A DNA stretch of 32,000 nucleotides from Aliivibrio fischeri ES114 (GTDB lineage Bacteria > Pseudomonadota > Gammaproteobacteria > Enterobacterales > Vibrionaceae), in the NCBI RefSeq assembly GCF_000011805.1, contig NC_006840.2; one strand, given 5' to 3'. A model generated the notes under the pieces. The model worked only from the letters and a program-made list of their open reading frames with translations. It had not been told where the DNA came from and did no database searches. Made by a program: the position numbers and the translations under genes. Positions 29,804 to 32,000 of this stretch are shown piece after piece (position 1 is the stretch's first letter; each line of letters begins with the position of its first letter).

Positions 29804-29943
29804 GGTTCACCTCTAACGGATTTAAGACTATTTGAACGCTTTATTTAATTCACTTAGTGTAGCAGGCAAATACTTCAAACGTTTTTTTCTCTCTCTAATT
29901 TGTTAAATGAGGCACACCGGCCACTTTTTCAACAAAAAAGACT

Positions 29944-29958
29944 GTAAAAGAGTGTAAA
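29944..29958 (+). promoter_or_regulatory. Isolated perfect CpxR-consensus box
   Basis: GTAAA-agagt-GTAAA is read directly at 29944-29958. It lies in the fxsA/aspA divergent intergenic region, 141 bp upstream of the fxsA start. Confidence 0.3.
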
Positions 29959-30072
29959 CAGCAATCAAAGTTATTAACTCAAGCTGCAAGTTATATAACT
30001 TATAAAGTCAACTTATTAACAACTGGTGAGAGCGTTATCGCAATTTGATACAATTTGCAAAAACGAGACTTA

Positions 30073-30117
30073 AAAAGTGATCAAGTTAACATTTTTACCA
30101 CTAAAGAGGTGTATGAT
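30073..30117 (+). promoter_or_regulatory. Candidate CRP-dependent class II promoter of aspA
   Basis: The 22-mer AAAAGTGATCAAGTTAACATTT (30073-30094) matches the CRP consensus AAATGTGATCTAGATCACATTT at 18 of 22 positions (core GTGA-N8-AACA). A -10 TATGAT at 30112-30117 starts 28.5 bp from the site centre. E. coli aspA is catabolite-controlled (established). Confidence 0.5.
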
Positions 30118-30235
30118 TACTTCAAAACAAGGCATCAGGTACGATATTGATCAACTCTGACGAACGGACTCTACTCGCAGATATGATCACTTGGAAAGAA
30201 TCCAATAATTAAATATAGAACCTTAAAGGCTTACT

Positions 30236-31687
30236 ATGACTCAGATGCTTGATTTAGATACAAAGAATACTGCAGCAACTCGTATTGAAGAAGATTTGCT
30301 AGGTGAACGTCACGTTCCTGCTGAAGCTTACTACGGTATTCACACTCTTCGTGCTATCGAAAACTTCAATATTTCTAATGTAACAATTTCTGATGTTCCA
30401 GAATTTGTACGCGGCATGATCTACACTAAAAAAGCGGCGGCACTAGCGAACAAAGAATTAGGCGCTATTCCTTCACAAGTTGGTGAATACATCATTAAAG
30501 CATGTGACCTTATCCTTGAAACAGGTAAGTGTATGGATCAATTCCCATCTGACGTTTTCCAAGGTGGTGCTGGTACTTCTGTTAACATGAACGCTAACGA
30601 AGTTATCGCTAACGTTGCTCTTGAATTAATGGGCAAAGAAAAAGGCGAATACGACATCGTTAACCCTAACGATCATGTAAACAAATCTCAATCAACTAAC
30701 TGTGCATACCCTACAGGTTTCCGTATTGCGGTATACAACAGCATGATGAAACTGATCGAAGCGATTGAATACCTAAAAGGTGCATTCGATCTTAAAGATC
30801 AAGAATTCCGTAACATTCTGAAAATGGGTCGTACTCAACTTCAAGATGCGGTTCCAATGACTGTTGGTCAAGAATTCCACGCTTGGGGTGTATTACTTCA
30901 AGAGGAAGTGAAAAACCTTCACTACACAGCACAACTTCTATTAGAAGTGAACATTGGTGCGACAGCAATCGGTACTGGCTTAAACGCTGCGACTGGTTAC
31001 CAAGAAGCAGCAGTTAAACATCTATCTGAAGTAACAGGTCTACCATGTGTTGCTGCTGAAGACTTAATCGAAGCTACATCTGACTGTGGTGCTTACGTAA
31101 TGATCCACGGTGCGCTAAAACGTACTGCGGTTAAGATGTCTAAGATCTGTAATGACTTACGCCTTCTTTCTTCTGGTCCTCGTGCTGGTCTAAATGAATT
31201 GAACCTTCCAGAGCTTCAAGCTGGTTCTTCAATCATGCCTGCAAAAGTTAACCCAGTAATCCCAGAAGTAGTTAACCAAGTGTGCTTCAAAGTAATCGGT
31301 AACGATACTACTGTTACTTTTGCTGCTGAAGCGGGTCAATTACAACTAAACGTAATGGAACCTGTTATTGGTCAAGCTCTGTTTGAATCAATCGACATCC
31401 TACGTAATGCATGTGTGAACCTACGCGATAAGTGTATTGATGGTATCACTGTAAACAAAGAAGTATGTGAAGCTCACGTATTTAACTCTATCGGTATCGT
31501 AACTTACCTAAACCCATTCATTGGCCACCACGAAGGTGACATTGTTGGTAAAATCTGTGCTGAAACAGGTAAGAGTGTTCGTGAAGTAGTTCTAGAACGC
31601 GGTCTACTGACTGAAGAACAGCTGGACGACATCTTCTCTGTTGAAAACCTGATGCACCCAGAATACAAAGCAAAACGTTACGATTAA
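30236..31687 (+). CDS. aspA: Aspartate ammonia-lyase (aspartase)
   Basis: 483-aa ORF. It has the fumarate-lyase signature [11 protein letters not shown] and an N-terminus [30 protein letters not shown] typical of AspA. It is followed by dcuA. Confidence 0.97.
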   Translation: MTQMLDLDTKNTAATRIEEDLLGERHVPAEAYYGIHTLRAIENFNISNVTISDVPEFVRGMIYTKKAAALANKELGAIPSQVGEYIIKACDLILETGKCMDQFPSDVFQGGAGTSVNMNANEVIANVALELMGKEKGEYDIVNPNDHVNKSQSTNCAYPTGFRIAVYNSMMKLIEAIEYLKGAFDLKDQEFRNILKMGRTQLQDAVPMTVGQEFHAWGVLLQEEVKNLHYTAQLLLEVNIGATAIGTGLNAATGYQEAAVKHLSEVTGLPCVAAEDLIEATSDCGAYVMIHGALKRTAVKMSKICNDLRLLSSGPRAGLNELNLPELQAGSSIMPAKVNPVIPEVVNQVCFKVIGNDTTVTFAAEAGQLQLNVMEPVIGQALFESIDILRNACVNLRDKCIDGITVNKEVCEAHVFNSIGIVTYLNPFIGHHEGDIVGKICAETGKSVREVVLERGLLTEEQLDDIFSVENLMHPEYKAKRYD

Positions 31688-31702
31688 TTCTTAACGTTCA
31701 AT

Positions 31703-31730
31703 AGCGAGCTCTCAGGGGCTCGCTTTTTTT
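31703..31730 (+). terminator. Rho-independent terminator or attenuator after aspA
   Basis: Stem AGCGAGCTC / GGGGCTCGCT (31703-31724) followed by TTTTTTT. Confidence 0.8.
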
Positions 31731-31851
31731 ATTTGTAATTTCTTATTTATAAAATACTCAAAGTAATTATTCATATTTTTCCCAATTACTATATATAGCT
31801 ACTCAGTTAAAATATGAATAATTATTTAATATTAAAAAAGTGGAGTTTCAT

Positions 31852-32000
31852 ATGATTGCTGTACAACTTTTCGTAGTACTGCTGTTCATCTATTTAGGTG
31901 CGCGCATTGGGGGTATTGGTATTGGTTTTGCGGGCGGCGCAGGTGTACTAGTTCTAACCATGATTTTAGGTCTAGACGCTGGTTCTATCCCTATCGATGT
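31852..32000 (+). CDS. dcuA: Anaerobic C4-dicarboxylate transporter DcuA, N-terminal part (runs off the window)
   Basis: ATG 31852 follows the SD TGGAG. The translation MIAVQLFVVLLFIYLGARIGGIGIGFAGGAGVLVL... matches the E. coli DcuA N-terminus (..FLGARLGGIGIGFAGGLGVLVL). Synteny is aspA-dcuA. Confidence 0.88.
   Translation, partial: MIAVQLFVVLLFIYLGARIGGIGIGFAGGAGVLVLTMILGLDAGSIPID

Overview
This window looks like conserved core chromosome from an AT-rich gammaproteobacterium. Protein similarity and gene order suggest Vibrionaceae, possibly Aliivibrio or Vibrio; that is a judgement by eye, not a search result. It is densely packed with housekeeping genes whose order mirrors two E. coli neighbourhoods as I recall them.

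Gene order, left to right:
- hflX (5' part), hfq, miaA, mutL, amiB, tsaE, all on the minus strand
- queG, then a 520-bp non-coding gap
- a 7-gene tRNA operon on the minus strand: 4 tRNA-Gly(GCC) interleaved with 3 initiator tRNA-fMet
- orn, rsgA, psd, an EamA/DMT transporter, epmA
- frdABCD, efp, epmB, pfkA, fieF
- an interrupted cpxP, then cpxR and cpxA
- trmL, cysE, gpsA, secB, a yibN-like rhodanese, envC, fxsA, aspA, and the start of dcuA

I found no mobile elements, CRISPR array, defence island or obviously foreign gene block, and no convincing novel multi-gene system.

The points worth a second look are all small-scale:
1. A cluster of DnaA boxes with a perfect inverted pair, plus a GATC cluster, in the queG-tRNA gap. 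This is a datA-like candidate by synteny.
2. A cpxP homologue split by two tandem in-frame TGA codons, while its CpxR boxes, promoter and terminator remain intact.
3. One tRNA-Gly copy with a 1-nt insertion in the anticodon stem.
4. Three CRP/FNR-family sites (frdA, pfkA, aspA) that share the same spacing to a -10 element.
5. An orphan perfect CpxR box upstream of fxsA/aspA.
6. Two adjacent perfect hairpins where enteric bacteria carry grxC.

All homology statements rest on my recollection of E. coli protein sequences and motifs. No database search was run.
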